DNA of 64,000 nucleotides from Chrysomallon squamiferum (taxonomy: Eukaryota; Animalia; Mollusca): positions 3,410,001-3,474,000 of the forward strand of contig CM022670.1 in assembly GCA_012295275.1 (NCBI GenBank). Reading direction: 5' to 3'. Position 1 is the first letter of the stretch; every line of letters begins with the position of its first letter. The notes below the pieces were generated by a model. The model saw only the letters and a program-made list of their open reading frames with translations, was not told where the DNA came from and did not search any database. Position numbers and translations under genes: made by a program. Positions 51,496-63,983 of this stretch are shown piece after piece.

Positions 51496-54230
51496 CAATA
51501 ATTAAATTAAAATTAAAATTAATGGTCAATATATAAATAATAGAAATGATTTTTCTTTTAATTCTTTCTTCTTTTCTTTTTTCTTAATTATAATTTTATT
51601 TTATTTAATTCTATTTTAACTTTATTTTTTATTCTTAAATACTTTTAATTTTGTTTATATTTTTTTCCCATAAATAACACTTTGATTTACAGAACATCTA
51701 AAAGTGACAATTATATACTAAAACAATAAACATCTAACATCACAAATGACTGAATGACAAATTTTAACCTTCTACTCACCTTTTTTCTTGAGAATTTTTC
51801 TTTTTTCTGTATTCTGTTCAGGTGTTTCTGCATTTTTTCTGTTAAACCAAGGATGAAAACATTTTTCCCAACAAGACATTTCTTCTTGGTCATCATCATC
51901 AGCAGAACCCTGGGTTTTCTCCTCCTCAGTTCTGATGTCAAGATTTATCAATATATGATAGGTCTGAAGTCAATAAATGAATAAATAAATAATACAAACA
52001 CAAATTATGTTATTAGCAACAATAATAATAAATAAATAAATAAATAAAAATAATAAATATCAATTACAAAAAGAAGAAAACAAATAAATACAATTTTATT
52101 TTAAAAATTGATCTACACTGATGTAAAATATGCCACGTTTAGATACAACTCATATTTTATAAGATTCAATATTCTATTTCATAAAATCTTGCATACCTTA
52201 TAGACATATTTTATTTCATATAATTTAAGTTTACATATAAAATTGATCTTATTGAATAAAATATATCTAAAATTAAGATAAATGTTTTATAACAACATTT
52301 AATTAAATTTTAGATATATTTTCATTAAATATGACATTTTATCGAATATAAAATTTTATATACATTCTAGATATATTTCTTTTAATATAAAATCATATAT
52401 ATATTATAAAATATAACTTAAACTTTAGTTAGGTTTTATTTAAAATAACATTTACAGTATTTAATATATTTTTAGATAAATACTATATACTGACAAATTT
52501 CACATGCTCATTTAAAGTAGATTTTAAGTATAAGTCAAATTTTTTAAAGTATTTTACTCACAAGAAATGACCTCATGGCAGGTCGGAAGAATTCTGTAGG
52601 ATTTTCATAATTTTCAAACAATGAAATCCGTTTCATCAAAAACTGAGCGCTGACAAAATCAGCTGAAAAAAAAGAAAAATCTAATGACTAAAAATTACAT
52701 TATTATACATAATTATATTGTTTGTATTTTGGTTTATGTAAAAAAAATGGTCTTTTTCTAGCATGCTTCAAAGGTATGTGGTTTTTTTTTTTTTTTTTTT
52801 TATTATTATTATTATTATTTTTTGTGGCATGGGGATCTTTTGGGATTTTTAGATTTTGTTTCTATTTTTTATGCAAACCTTTACTTTTAATAAATTATCA
52901 AAGAATCAGATATTAGAAATATAAACAATTTATTAGAAAAATATTGCCAAAAGATTGCACTTCAAATATAATATTTATAAGAACTGTTTTCATAAATTTG
53001 TTCTTCAAAATACATTTTATGTTAAAAAATTGAATAATAAAATAAATTTCATAATAATAAAAAGTTTTAAAACAATGCCATGAAATTTAATGAAAATAAT
53101 TTTATAATTTTTTATAATTACATTCATTATCAGTTTCAAAATTATTGTGAATGCATTTTGAAATTCCTTTAAGTTTATCTTCTTTGTTCTTAGCCTGAAA
53201 AAAAAAAAGAAAATGTTTATATCTTAATCTCCATAGTAACTTCAGTGATCACCATAACAATCACAATTTTACTTTCCTTGTACAGAATACAGTGAGTTTT
53301 AACAGAATCCTCAGTTTATTGATTACATTTTACTTATGTTCTATTTCTAACCAAACTGGAATATATTTTTGTTAGATGGCCATACATTTATCATTAAGCA
53401 AAGGTAAAAACATCCAATAGCTACACAAAAATCTGGCAAAGAAAATTCAGAGATTACAGAGTTGTTGTTATTATTATGACTCTCACTCTTATTATTAATA
53501 TATTGATGATGATGATAATAATAATGATAATAGTAATAATGACAATAACAATAATAGATAGATAATTAGAAACAAATATAGATACAGATATCAGCTGAGC
53601 AATGCAGCTAGAAATAAATCAAAAGGTTGTAATTTATCATTTGATGTAATTTCCCTCTGTACATGAAGCAATAATTCTCACATATTTTGTCATCCCTCAT
53701 ATATAAATAAATAAAAGCATAAATAAGTAAATAAGTAAAGAAAGAAAGAATGAAAAAAAGAAAAGAGGAAATAAATAAAAAAGTAAATAAACAATAAATA
53801 AATAAATACCAGTGAATCTCATACTGTCAAACTCCATGTTATCTTTCCTCATTATTAAAACACTTACACCTTTAAGAGGCATCTCCAAATGAGTTCTCTC
53901 TGCCTCAACACACAGACGTTTGAACGGACAGTGAAGTTTCACATACATCGTATCTCCAATTGGTTCTTTATCTATAAAAAAACCTTCCTTCTTTAACAAT
54001 TCTTCAAATCTGGTTCGATACCCTTCATCTGCCTCACTGCTGCTTTCAGTTGAGTACAGAAGAACAAAATCTATTCTCTTCCTCTCTGGGATTAGTTTAG
54101 ATTCCCAAGCAAGCTTGAAGTAGCACCGTTCAAATTGTGACATTCTTTTCAGTAGTTTTTTCCGTTTTCTTTTGAATTTCTGCTCAGATGTCTCTCTGCC
54201 TCCTCTGTGCAACAGCTGTGTGTCATTCAT
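36563..54230 (-). CDS. Anoctamin/TMEM16 family protein (Ca2+-activated Cl- channel/scramblase family), copy C, apparently complete, 21 coding exons, 864 aa
   Basis: Hand-spliced GT-AG exons with consistent phases: 54230-53868, 53194-53122, 52662-52562, 51963-51780, 49434-49092, 48625-48566, 48252-48158, 47844-47723, 47096-47007, 46356-46201, 45948-45912, 45432-45323, 44884-44739, 44147-44003, 43620-43491, 42997-42864, 42403-42323, 41810-41725, 37860-37799, 37626-37581, 36593-36563 (sum 2595 nt). Family motifs: QPLWKIRNYFGEKIAFYFAW, FLEVWKR, EPDRPQY, DWENHRT, KLFAFQFVNSY, FAASFPLAP, RRPVAFIAQDIGMW, FEH, IPDVP. The exact paralog cannot be assigned by eye. Confidence 0.92.
37386..37461. repeat. 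(GA)n microsatellite
   Basis: Direct observation. Confidence 0.95.
37581..37626 (-). CDS. Anoctamin copy C exon 20
   Basis: Phase 1/2 exon GSGRYMDIHKYHDTD, TAG/GTGAG; supported by phase fit only. Confidence 0.6.
37799..37860 (-). CDS. Anoctamin copy C exon 19 (C-terminal tail)
   Basis: Phase 2/1 exon KSMSDIDSDRDKVEMQPHPS, CAG/GTTAGT; supported by phase fit only. Confidence 0.6.
38681..41540. mobile_element. Non-autonomous long-TIR DNA transposon, probably Sola2-like, in intron 18 of copy C
   Basis: Near-identical TIRs of about 633 bp (38681-39313 and 40908-41540) starting GGGTCATTCCGTGTCAAATCACCC, flanked by ATAT within TA repeats; internal relic ORF 39993-39700 with CCDPxxHH...SLR...PGDKLCCDC. 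Superfamily assignment is from memory of GRG termini and 4-bp TSDs. Confidence 0.85.
41725..41810 (-). CDS. Anoctamin copy C exon 18
   Basis: KKVKVAQLLDERKRNELVDYRNLYQPDN; CAG acceptor; AT|GTAAGG donor overlaps an in-frame TAA. Confidence 0.75.
42323..42403 (-). CDS. Anoctamin copy C exon 17
   Basis: HIVFVLKFILAYMIPDVPAEVHLAIRR. Confidence 0.9.
42864..42997 (-). CDS. Anoctamin copy C exon 16 (TM9 and start of TM10)
   Basis: MWYDILSFVNFAGVLSNAFLIAFTSSWGQKYSLEQKLWIVIGFE. Confidence 0.9.
43200..43505 (-). repeat. Tandem ~110-120 bp repeat (3 units) containing the exon 15 donor
   Basis: CAATTTAC..TATCCTGAGC at about 43267-43287, 43383-43403 and 43483-43503. Confidence 0.8.
43491..43620 (-). 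CDS. Anoctamin copy C exon 15 (TM8)
   Basis: LFAASFPLAPFLALITILIDIRVDANRMLWLYRRPVAFIAQDIG. Confidence 0.92.
44003..44147 (-). CDS. Anoctamin copy C exon 14 (TM7); acceptor position uncertain
   Basis: HPKWLRCC...DFTLGEYTEKVIMYGFLM, GTATGT donor; two in-phase AG acceptors lie 9 nt apart. Confidence 0.8.
44739..44884 (-). CDS. Anoctamin copy C exon 13 (TM6)
   Basis: KFDQNGLVGRGADYRDSCEGTCMSQLSFQVLILMLVKPFPKFFKDIIIP. Confidence 0.9.
45323..45432 (-). CDS. Anoctamin copy C exon 12 (TM5)
   Basis: ENHRTETQYNDALIIKLFAFQFVNSYASCFYIAFFRG. Confidence 0.92.
45912..45948 (-). CDS. Anoctamin copy C exon 11
   Basis: VYDKIAVMLTDW, AAG/GTAAG boundaries. Confidence 0.88.
46201..46356 (-). CDS. Anoctamin copy C exon 10 (TM3-TM4)
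   Basis: ICLILVSVLGVIMYR...SSLLNAISILLLGK. Confidence 0.9.
47007..47096 (-). CDS. Anoctamin copy C exon 9
   Basis: DPVTNEEIWYYPFKRQFLKISASASVLIFM, TAG/GTGAGT boundaries. Confidence 0.88.
47723..47844 (-). CDS. Anoctamin copy C exon 8
   Basis: TIFLEVWKRKNATLAYEWDVDEFEANEPDRPQY. Confidence 0.92.
48158..48252 (-). CDS. Anoctamin copy C exon 7
   Basis: VKTAVQDLLSVIKQSFDNDITPFFALLMCVWG (FDN motif, start of TM2). Confidence 0.88.
48287..48330. repeat. (GA)n microsatellite
   Basis: Direct observation. Confidence 0.95.
48566..48625 (-). CDS. Anoctamin copy C exon 6
   Basis: 60-nt phase 2/2 exon SVEESEEITQPTLNNATLVD; conserved in copy D at 63924-63983. Confidence 0.8.
48650..48970. repeat. AT-rich ~90-bp tandem repeat in intron 5 (also about 63580-63890)
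   Basis: Recurrent AAATACAAATTATATTAT...AAAATAATTTAGAAA units. Confidence 0.65.
49092..49434 (-). CDS. Anoctamin copy C exon 5 (includes TM1)
   Basis: GLPYLLMKNIY...QPLWKIRNYFGEKIAFYFAWSGELASSLWIPALIGLIIFIYG. Confidence 0.92.
51780..51963 (-). CDS. Anoctamin copy C exon 4
   Basis: TYHILINLDI...KRKILKKKG, CAG/GTGAGT boundaries (the ORF-track frames here are the wrong frames). Confidence 0.85.
52562..52662 (-). CDS. Anoctamin copy C exon 3
   Basis: SDFVSAQFLMKRISLFENYENPTEFFRPAMRSFL, CAG/GTGAGT boundaries. Confidence 0.88.
53122..53194 (-). CDS. Anoctamin copy C exon 2
   Basis: Polypyrimidine-CAG acceptor, AKNKEDKLKGISKCIHNNFETDNE, GTAATT donor; conserved in copies A and D. Confidence 0.8.
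53868..54230 (-). CDS. Anoctamin copy C exon 1 (N-terminal cytosolic region)
   Basis: MNDTQ...RIDFVLLY...YVKLHCPFKRLCVEAERTHLEMPLKG, then GTAAGT donor. Confidence 0.88.
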
Positions 54231-57063
54231 TCTCCTGCTAGGCCAATGTCCACTGATAAAATATTTCTGATAATTAAATATGCCTGATTATTATTTCATA
54301 TGAAAAGGAAATAATTTTGTTTTAATTAACAGTGATGTTCATTAAACAATACTGTTACTACCGACATTACCAGAGATATTACTAGCATTCTTATTACTAT
54401 TACTATCACACACAGACATAACATTACTTATGTTAATACAATTCCTGTCACTATTACTATCACAAGCAGCAATAATAACATCATTTATATTGTTCTAAAT
54501 ACTTTTGTCAACAGCAGCAGCAGTGATATATTATACTACTATTACTAGCATGTCTGTCACTACCACATGATGCAATAATATTACTCATACTGCTACATTT
54601 ACTAGTATTCTTGTTATCAACACTAGAAGCAATATTGTTTCTGCATTATATCTACTAGCTGCTATCATCAGCATTCCTGTTAATATTTTTAATTGTAATT
54701 GTTAATGTTAGTGCTAATTCTATTACTTCAGATGCTTAAGAACAAGAAACCATTACTAGTACTATTGTAAAAAAAAGAATAGTATTACTGACATTCATAC
54801 CTTTATTACTAGCATTCCTGTTATTGTTCCTGTTACTGCTAAAACAACAAATTACTTCTTTTAATGTTAGTATTACTATGACAATAACTATTACTATATC
54901 TCTATTACAGTATAATTTATCTTAATTTCCACGGGCATAGACACTGAACCAGAAAAAAAAAAAATAGTAAACATTACAAAAACAACTTGCTGTCTTAATT
55001 CTAATTCATTTTAAATGTAAATATTCGTTGACCATTGACATAAACAGTGGCAATCATATTACACAATAAAAGAATTTAAAAAAGCAAAACACCTACATCA
55101 TCAGATTAAACAGATGTGATGTTCATTCAAGCCAAATGTTATGATATAATTATAACTATTTTTCGTTTTTCAGTAATGTTGTTTTGTATTGCATTCTGAG
55201 ATTAGAAAGGGGATATTTCTTATTCTTGTCGAATCAGCGATTCATGGTGTATCTTCCAAAGTAACGAAGGCAAGCTGTAACATGTCTGATAACAAGATAA
55301 ATAATTTGAATAGTCTACAGACAACTTTGCATTTGTGCAATCGATTGAAACCTTGAGCTTAGCCTTGCTATACATTTTTGATTAAATACATAGATATATT
55401 TTCATCTGTTATATAAAGGACTGAACTAGAAACAAATTTATTTTTAAAAGTGTTTTCTGTATGAGAAAACTTTAGACACGTATGTACAATTTTGATCTAG
55501 CAATTAGAATTCCATTTTAAAAATACACAAATACAAAAAAAAAATTAAATTAATTAGCTTAGAGGTGCAAAATAACTGAAGTTCTTCAGTTTATTAAAAA
55601 TTGCATTAATCCATCACTATAACAAAAATGCAAAACATTTTCAAACTAACAGCAAATTAAGTAATTCAAATTGCAGATAACAGCATTTAGGTATTTTATA
55701 ATTCTTCATTAAATCAGTTTTCCTTCCTGTCCAAACAATTAAAGGATCAAGTTTGAAAATTAACACTGCCATTATAAACAAAACTTTTGCTTTTTAAACT
55801 CCTAATTGTTAGTTTTTAATTAATTATCATCTAAGTTCATAAAGAAATATGATGTAATTTAAAATCTAAGAACTGTATATATTCTTTTATTTAATTATTT
55901 TAATATATGTATATATGTCTGTATGTAAGTAAGTAAGGATGGATCGATGTGAGTTGGTGGGTGTGTGGGTGTGTGTATTTCTACAGTGATAAACTTTATT
56001 TGATTTATCATTTAAAAGATAGATATACCTACCTCTCAAATATTCTGGAAGTATCTATGTCACGGTGACTAGTCTGACTAATATTAATACCTTGAAATTT
56101 GCTTGTCCTGTTTAAGGGGTAGCAGACTATAACAGTGTCACGTGACAAGGTGTTTATGATCTAAGACAGCATAAACTACTAAATGACTAGTCTATATCCA
56201 ATAGAGAATAATAACACAAACAAAAATTGAATATGGGTAATTGTTTTATATATCACATAAATTAACCAGTGGTAACATATAATTTAATCGTAAGATTCTC
56301 ACAAGTCAATACAAAGGCAAATAGCATTCATAGATAATACTGTTCTAATTAAGCCCAGTTGGTTACTTTAACTTTCTAACTAAGCTTTAGTTATTAAAAT
56401 ACATTATCTTAGTTTGTTACATCATTTTCAAGCAAAAGTAAGTACCACACAATAACACTATAAATCCAGCAAAAATATACTTGTCTATCAACATGATTTA
56501 AACCATAATTACCCTTCCTTTGTACAGGTCCCTCAGTCAACGTGTCACAAGACTGGGCACTGATCAAAAGATCTCGTTTAAAATGTGCACCAGATATATT
56601 ACAGGACTCGTGCGAGTGTTGATGACACACCTCTATAGGCAGCCTTTCTGAATTTACTTTGCAGTTTTAAAGCTTTTTCTGAGTTAGTTAATCCCAGTGT
56701 TTCTCTTTGTTTACAAAATAATGGAACTACCCCTAATTATATAATATAGCTTCTAAACAGCCCATGGATGTCTGCATACTCTCTGCTATTTACTTTCTGT
56801 GACGTTATTACTATATTCTGACATTAATTAGCTAAGCATTGAAAACCCATAAAAATATGAATTTGTAAACATTGTTATACACAACAGCTTAATAAAAATT
56901 GCTGTAATATAATAATATACTTAATATAAAATGTACCAGACATTCTGCTTTAAATGGGCATATAATAATGTGTTTTATGAACATTATGTAATTCACTAGA
57001 GAGAATAAAAAAATTATTTATTAAAAAATAAGTTCATAGCAAAGAGAGCAATACGTAACTGGA

Positions 57064-57263
57064 NNNNNNNNNNNNNNNNNNNNNNNNNNNNNNNNNNNNN
57101 NNNNNNNNNNNNNNNNNNNNNNNNNNNNNNNNNNNNNNNNNNNNNNNNNNNNNNNNNNNNNNNNNNNNNNNNNNNNNNNNNNNNNNNNNNNNNNNNNNNN
57201 NNNNNNNNNNNNNNNNNNNNNNNNNNNNNNNNNNNNNNNNNNNNNNNNNNNNNNNNNNNNNNN
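57064..57263. other. Assembly gap (200 N)
   Basis: Fixed-length N run. Confidence 0.99.
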
Positions 57264-58322
57264 TTACAGCTTGCCTTCGTTACTTTGGAAGATAAACCAT
57301 GAATTGCTGATTCGACAAGAATAAAAAATATCCCCTTTCTAATCTCAGAATGCAAAACAAAACAACATTACTGAAAAATGAAAAATAGTTATAATTATAT
57401 CATAACATTTGGCTTGAATGAACATCTGATGATGTAGGTGTTTTGCTTTTTTAAATTCTTTTATTGTGGCATATGATTTCCACTGTTTATGTCAATGGTC
57501 AACGAATATTTACATTTAAAATGAATTAGATTAAGACAGCAAGTTGTTTTTGTAATGTTTACTTTTTTTTTTTTTTTTCTGGTTCAATGTCTATGCCCAT
57601 GGAAATTAAAATAAATTATACTGTAATAGAGATATAGTAATAGTTATTGTCATAGTAATACTAACATTAAAAGAAGTAATTTGTTGTTTTAGCAGTAACA
57701 GGAACAATGTTAGAAATAATAACAGGAATGCTAGTAATAAAGGTATGAATGTCAGTAATACTATTCTTTTTTTTACAATAGTACTAGCAATGGTTTCTTG
57801 TTCTTAAGCATCTGAAGTAATAGAATTAGCAGCACCATTAACAATTACAATTAAAAATATTAACAGGAATGCTGATGATAGCAGCTAGTAGATATAATGC
57901 AAAAACAATATTGCTTCTAGTGTTGACAACAAGAATACTAGTAGCAGTATGAGTAATATTATTGCATCATGTGGTAGTAACAGGAATGCTAGTAATGGTA
58001 GTATAATATATCACTGCTGCTGCTGTTGACAAAAGTATTTAGAACAATATAAATAATGTTATTATTGCTGCTTCTGATAGCAATACTGACAGGAATTGCA
58101 TTAAAATAAGTAATGTTAAGTCTGTGTGTGATAGTAATAGTAATAAGAATGCTAGTAATAGTACTAGTAATATTATCATCTCTGGTAATGTCGGTAGTAA
58201 TAGTATTGTTTAATGAACATCATTATCAATTAAAACAAAATTATTTCCTTATTATGAAATAATAATCAGGCATATTTAATTATCAGAAATATTTTATCAG
58301 TGGACATTGGCCTAGCAGGAGA

Positions 58323-61300
58323 ATGAATGACACACAGCTGTTGCACAGAGGAGGCAGAGAGACATCTGAGGACAGAAATGTCCAACAAAAAGCTAAACAT
58401 TTGGCAAAAAAACGGTTAGCCATTCTGAGCAGAAATTTAAAAGAAAATGTAAAAAAACTTTGAAAAGAAACGGTGCTACTTCAAGCTTGCTTGGGAATCT
58501 AAACTAATCCCAGAGATGAAGAGAACAGATTTTGTTCTTCTGTACTCAACTGAAAGCAGCAGTGAGGCAGATGAAGGGTGTCGAACCAGATTTGAAGAAT
58601 TGTTAGAGAAGGAAGGTTTTTTTATACAGAAAGAAACGATTGGAGATTTGGTGTATGTGAAACTTCAGTGTCCATTCAAACGTCTGTGTGTTGAGGCAGA
58701 GAGAACTCATTTGGAGATGCCTCTTAAAGGTGTAAGTGTTTTAATAATGAGGAAAGATAACATGGAGTTTGGCAGTATGAGATTCACTGGTATTTATTTA
58801 TTTATTGTTTATTTACTTTTTTATTTATTTCCTCTTTTCTTTTTTTCATTCTTTCTTTCTTTACTTATTTACTTATTTATGCTTTTATTTATTTATATAT
58901 GAGGGATGACAAAATATGTGAGAATTATTGCTTCATGTACAGAGGGAAATTACATCAAATGATACATTACAACCTTTTGATTTATTTCTAGCTGGATTGC
59001 TCAGCTGATATCTGTATCTATATTTGTTTCTAATTATCTATCTATTATTGTTATTGTCATTATTACTATTATCATCATCATCAATATATTAATAATAAGA
59101 GTGAGAGCCATAATAATAACAACAACTCTGTAATCTCTGAATTTTCTTTGCCAGATTTTTGTGTAGCTATTGGATGTTTTTACCTTTGCTTAATGATAAA
59201 TGTATGACCATCTAACAAAAATATATTCCAGTTTGGTTAGAAATAGAACATAAGTAAAATGTGATCAATAAACTTAGTATTCTGTTATAACTTACTGTAT
59301 TCTGTACAAGGAAAGTAAAATTGTGATTGTTATGGTGATCACTGAAGTTACTAAGCAGATTAAGATATAAACATTTTCTTTTGTTTTTCAGGCTACGAAC
59401 AAAGAAGATGAACTTAAAGAAGTTGAACTTAAAGAAGTTGAACTTAAAGGAATTTCAAAATGCATTCACAATAATTTTGAAACTGATAATGAATGTAATT
59501 ATAAAAATTATTAAATTATTTTAATTAAATTTCATGGCATTGTTTTGAAACTTTTTATTATTATTCAATTTATTTTATTATTAATTTTTTTTAACATAAA
59601 TGTGGAAAGTTGAAGAACAAATTTATGAAAGCAGTTCTTATATTAATTTTGAAGTGCAATCTATGCCAATATTAACAAGTAATCTAACAAATTTTTTGTA
59701 TTTTTAATATCTGATTCATATGTACTATGTTTTGATAATTTATTAAAAGTAAAGGTTTGCATAAAAAATAGAAACAAAATCTAAAAGTCCCCAAAAGACC
59801 CCCATGCCAAAAATACAATAATAATAATAATAATAAAAATAGGCACAACAAAAAAAACTAAAAAAAAAAAAACATATCTTTGAAGTATGCTAGATTTTTT
59901 AGACTATTTTTTTTTACATAATCACCAAAAATACACTTTACTAATATAATTATGTATAATAATGTAATTTTAGTCATTAGATTTTTCTTTTTTCAGCTGA
60001 TTTTGAGAGCGCTCAGTTTTTGATGGATCGGATTTCATTGTTTGAAAATTATGAAAATCCTACAGAATTCTTCCGACCTGCCACGAGGTCATTTCTTGTG
60101 AGTAAAATACTTTAAAAAATTTGACTTATACTTAAAATCTACTTTAAATGAGCATGTGAAATTTGTCAGTATATAGTATTTATCTAAAATATATTAAATA
60201 CTGTAATTGTTATTTTAAATAACACCTAACTAAAGTTAAAGTTATATTTTATGATATATATATGATTTTATATTAAAAGAAATATATCTAGAATGTATAT
60301 AAAATTTTATATCAGATAAAATGTCATATTTAATGAAAATATATCAAAATTTTTATTAAATGTTGTTATAAAACATTTATCATAATTTTAGATATATTTT
60401 ATTCAATAAGATCAATTTTTATGTAAACTTAAATTATATGAAATAAAATATGTCTATAAGGTATGCAAGATTTTATGAAATAGAATACTGAATCTTTTAA
60501 AATATAAGTTGTATCTAAAAGTGTCATATTTTACATCAGTGTAGATTAATTTTTAAAATAAAATTGTATTTATTTGTTGTCTTGTTTTTGTTTTTGATAT
60601 TTATTACTTTTATTTATTTCTTTATTTATTATTATTGTTGCTAATAATATAATTTGTGTTTGTATTATTTATTTATTCATTTATTGACTTCAGACCTATC
60701 ATATATTGATAAATCTTGACATCAGAACTGAGGAGGAGATAACCCAGGATTCTGCAGATGATGATGACCAAGAAGAAATGTCTTGTTGGGAAAAATGTTT
60801 TCATCCTTGTTTTAGCAGAGAAAATGCAGAAACACCTGAACAGAATAGAGAAAAAAGAAAAGTTCTCAAGAAAAAAGGTGAGTAGAAGATTAAAATTTGT
60901 TATTCAGTCATTTGTGATGTTAGATATTTATTGTTTTAGTATATAATTGTCACTTTTAGATGTTCTGTAAATGAAAGTGTTATTTATGGGGAAAAAAATA
61001 TAAACAAAATTATAATTAAGAAAAAAGAAAAGAAGAAAGAATTAAAAGAAAAATCATTTCTATTATTTATTTATTGGCCATTAATTTTAATTTTAATTTA
61101 ATTATTGAAAATTTAAAAAAAAAAAAAAAAAATTAAAAAAGAAATAAATAATAAACATTGTGAAAAAATTGAAAGCTTAAAATATTCATTATTTATTTCC
61201 TTAAAAATGAAAAACATGTAAATTTGTAAATTTGTAAATTTTAAAAATTAAAAGATTAATTATTTTCCCTTAAAGAACATTTTGAATTATTTTATAAAAA

Positions 61301-62971
61301 TTACAATTTATTTACTAATATTAATTTAAAATAATAATAATAATAATAATAATAGTAATAATAATTAATTTAATAAATATTTATTTAAAATGAATTCAGT
61401 TATACAAAAAGAAAAACCCTCTCCTAAAATATCTGAATAAATAAAGAAACAAACAAAAATTACAGTAAAAAAAAACCAAAAATGTAATAATAATAATAAG
61501 AAGAAGAAAATAAAAGATAAAGAAAACAATGAAAATGAATAAATACAGAAAATTTTTAAAGAAATTAAAACATTACGAGAAAAATCATTAACTATTCATT
61601 TTATTATTTATTGAACTTTAATTTTAATTTTAATTTCATTATTGAAAGATTGAAAAGAAAAAAGAAAAACATAATGGTTGTTTAAATTTTCTCCTGAAGA
61701 ACATTCAGAAATCTTTTACAAAAAATAAAACAAATTAAATAACTGAATGTTTAAAATGTTCATTATTTATTTCCTCAAAAATGAAAAACATTTTAAGAAA
61801 TAACTCATTAGTGAAAATTTCTAAATTTTAAACATAAAAACATTAATAATTTATTATAAAAAAAAAGTTTAAATTTTCTCCAAAAGAACATTTAGAATTT
61901 TTTTTACAAAAATTACAGTTTATTTACTAAATAACAGTAACAAAAAGAAAAAGAAAATCATTAATTTATTTATTTAACATTTAAACATTTAATAACAGAA
62001 AAATACATTTTATACTGAATCTTTAGAAATTTAAAACAATAATTTTTGAAAGAAATAATTTGTTTGCCATCAAAAAAAAAAAAAATTAAAAATCCAGAAT
62101 AAAAATATATTAATATTTATGTATTGAACATAATCTTTATTCTCAAAATGGTTTGTAATAATAAATAATAATAATTTAGAAAATTTCCCTACTGAATAGT
62201 TTAAATATGGAAAGTAATTAATATTCAGTTATTGATTTAATATTTAATAATTAAAAAAACATGTTCAGAAAATGTTAAGTATTAGAAATTACTTCACATT
62301 TATTTTTATTTTTAATGTACTGTATGATATATGTACAATAGTGCTTACTTTAATTGTAATTTAATTTTTTAAATTTTATTTAAAAACAATAAGTTTTCGC
62401 TGATTTTTAATTTTATTTATTTATTTTCTTTTTTTCATTATTTGTTTGTTTTTTGTTTTTTGTGACTTACTTAATCTTTTGTTCTTTTCTTCTTTTATTT
62501 AAAAATTATAAACAAATATCTTTAATTTGATAGAAATATTTATTTTCTGATGTTAAAAAATATCTTGTACATTATAGTGTAACTAGTTGTGATATAAAAT
62601 TATTTCAGTAATATTTCAAATTATGAAAATATATTTAATGTTTAAAATGTTTTTAGATAAAAATCAATTTTCATTAAAATCTAAGTCTATGATATAAAAA
62701 TTATATATTCTGATATATTGCACTAAAATGAAAATCATAAACATTATTGTACAATATATTTTTTTATTAACTTTATAAGTTATTTACATCAAAAAAAGTT
62801 ATTAAAAAGATTAAATCAATCTGATGTTTGTGTTTACCTATTATATTTTGTTTCTCTTATTTTTATCTTTATAAATAAAAATAAATAAAAACTCTTGCAA
62901 TGATGAATCTTTATATACTAATAATAAAAGGGAATCTGTTTTCCCATAGCCTTGTTATTTTATTGTCACCC

Positions 62972-63003
<32 letters not shown>

Positions 63004-63983
63004 CACTACTCAGCATTTGGTTTAACCAGATTTTCCAAAGAAAGATATATATGCACACGATTCTTTTAAAAAAACAAAAAACAAAAATCTAACAAGATCT
63101 GATTATTTATAATTTTCTTTTTCTATATCTCCAACTTATATCTAGGACTTCTATACCTTTTAATGAAAAATATCTACACAGGACTTGTTGGTCTTACATG
63201 AGAATTCTGTGCTCAGTTCGAAAAAGGAAGACTGCAGAATCAACGATTCCTTTTCTCCTGACACAGATATGGAGAAAACAGATCCCAGACGAGATCTAGA
63301 TGAAACTTGGACAAAGTTTTTTAAATTTCAACCTCTCTGGAAGATTCGGAATTACTTTGGTGAAAAGATTGCTTTGTATTTTGCCTGGTCAGGAGAGCTG
63401 GCTTCATCACTGTGGATTCCAGCATTGTTTGGTTTGATCATCTTCATATATGGATTAGTACAAAGGTGTGTGTATGTCTGAATGTCTTTTTGTGATTTTT
63501 AGAAAAATGTTTGTATTTAAAATAAAAAAATAAAAATTAATATTTGTTTTGCTAAATATTGTTATTGTTATTATTATTATTTCTAAATTTTTATTTTATA
63601 TTTTTATAGCTGATAATATATTTTTATTTGTATTATTTTTTACTTTCTAAATTATTATTATTTTACATTTTATATTTTTTATAGCTATTAATATAACTTG
63701 TATTTCTATTATTTATTAATTTTTTATTCTGTTTTATTTTTCTAAATTATTTTTATTTCATATATTATATATTTTTAATAGCAGATAATATAATTTGTAT
63801 TTGTATTATTTATTTATTTTATTTTTTTATTTCTAAATTATATTTATTTTGCATTTTTTTTATAGCTAATAATATAATTTGTGTTTGTGTTATTTCTTTA
63901 TTTCTTTCTTCATTTACTTTCAGTGTTGAAGAATCTAAAGAAATGACACATCCTACCTTAAACAATGCAACACTTGTGGATGA
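58323..63983 (+). pseudogene. Anoctamin copy D, exons 1-6, frameshifted as assembled, continues beyond the window
   Basis: Exons 58323-58731, 59392-59494, 59997-60097, 60694-60877, 63146-63465, 63924-63983. Frameshifts in the 5' half of exon 1 and a +1 G at about 63181 (ACAGGACTTG vs ACAGACTTG). Confidence 0.78.
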
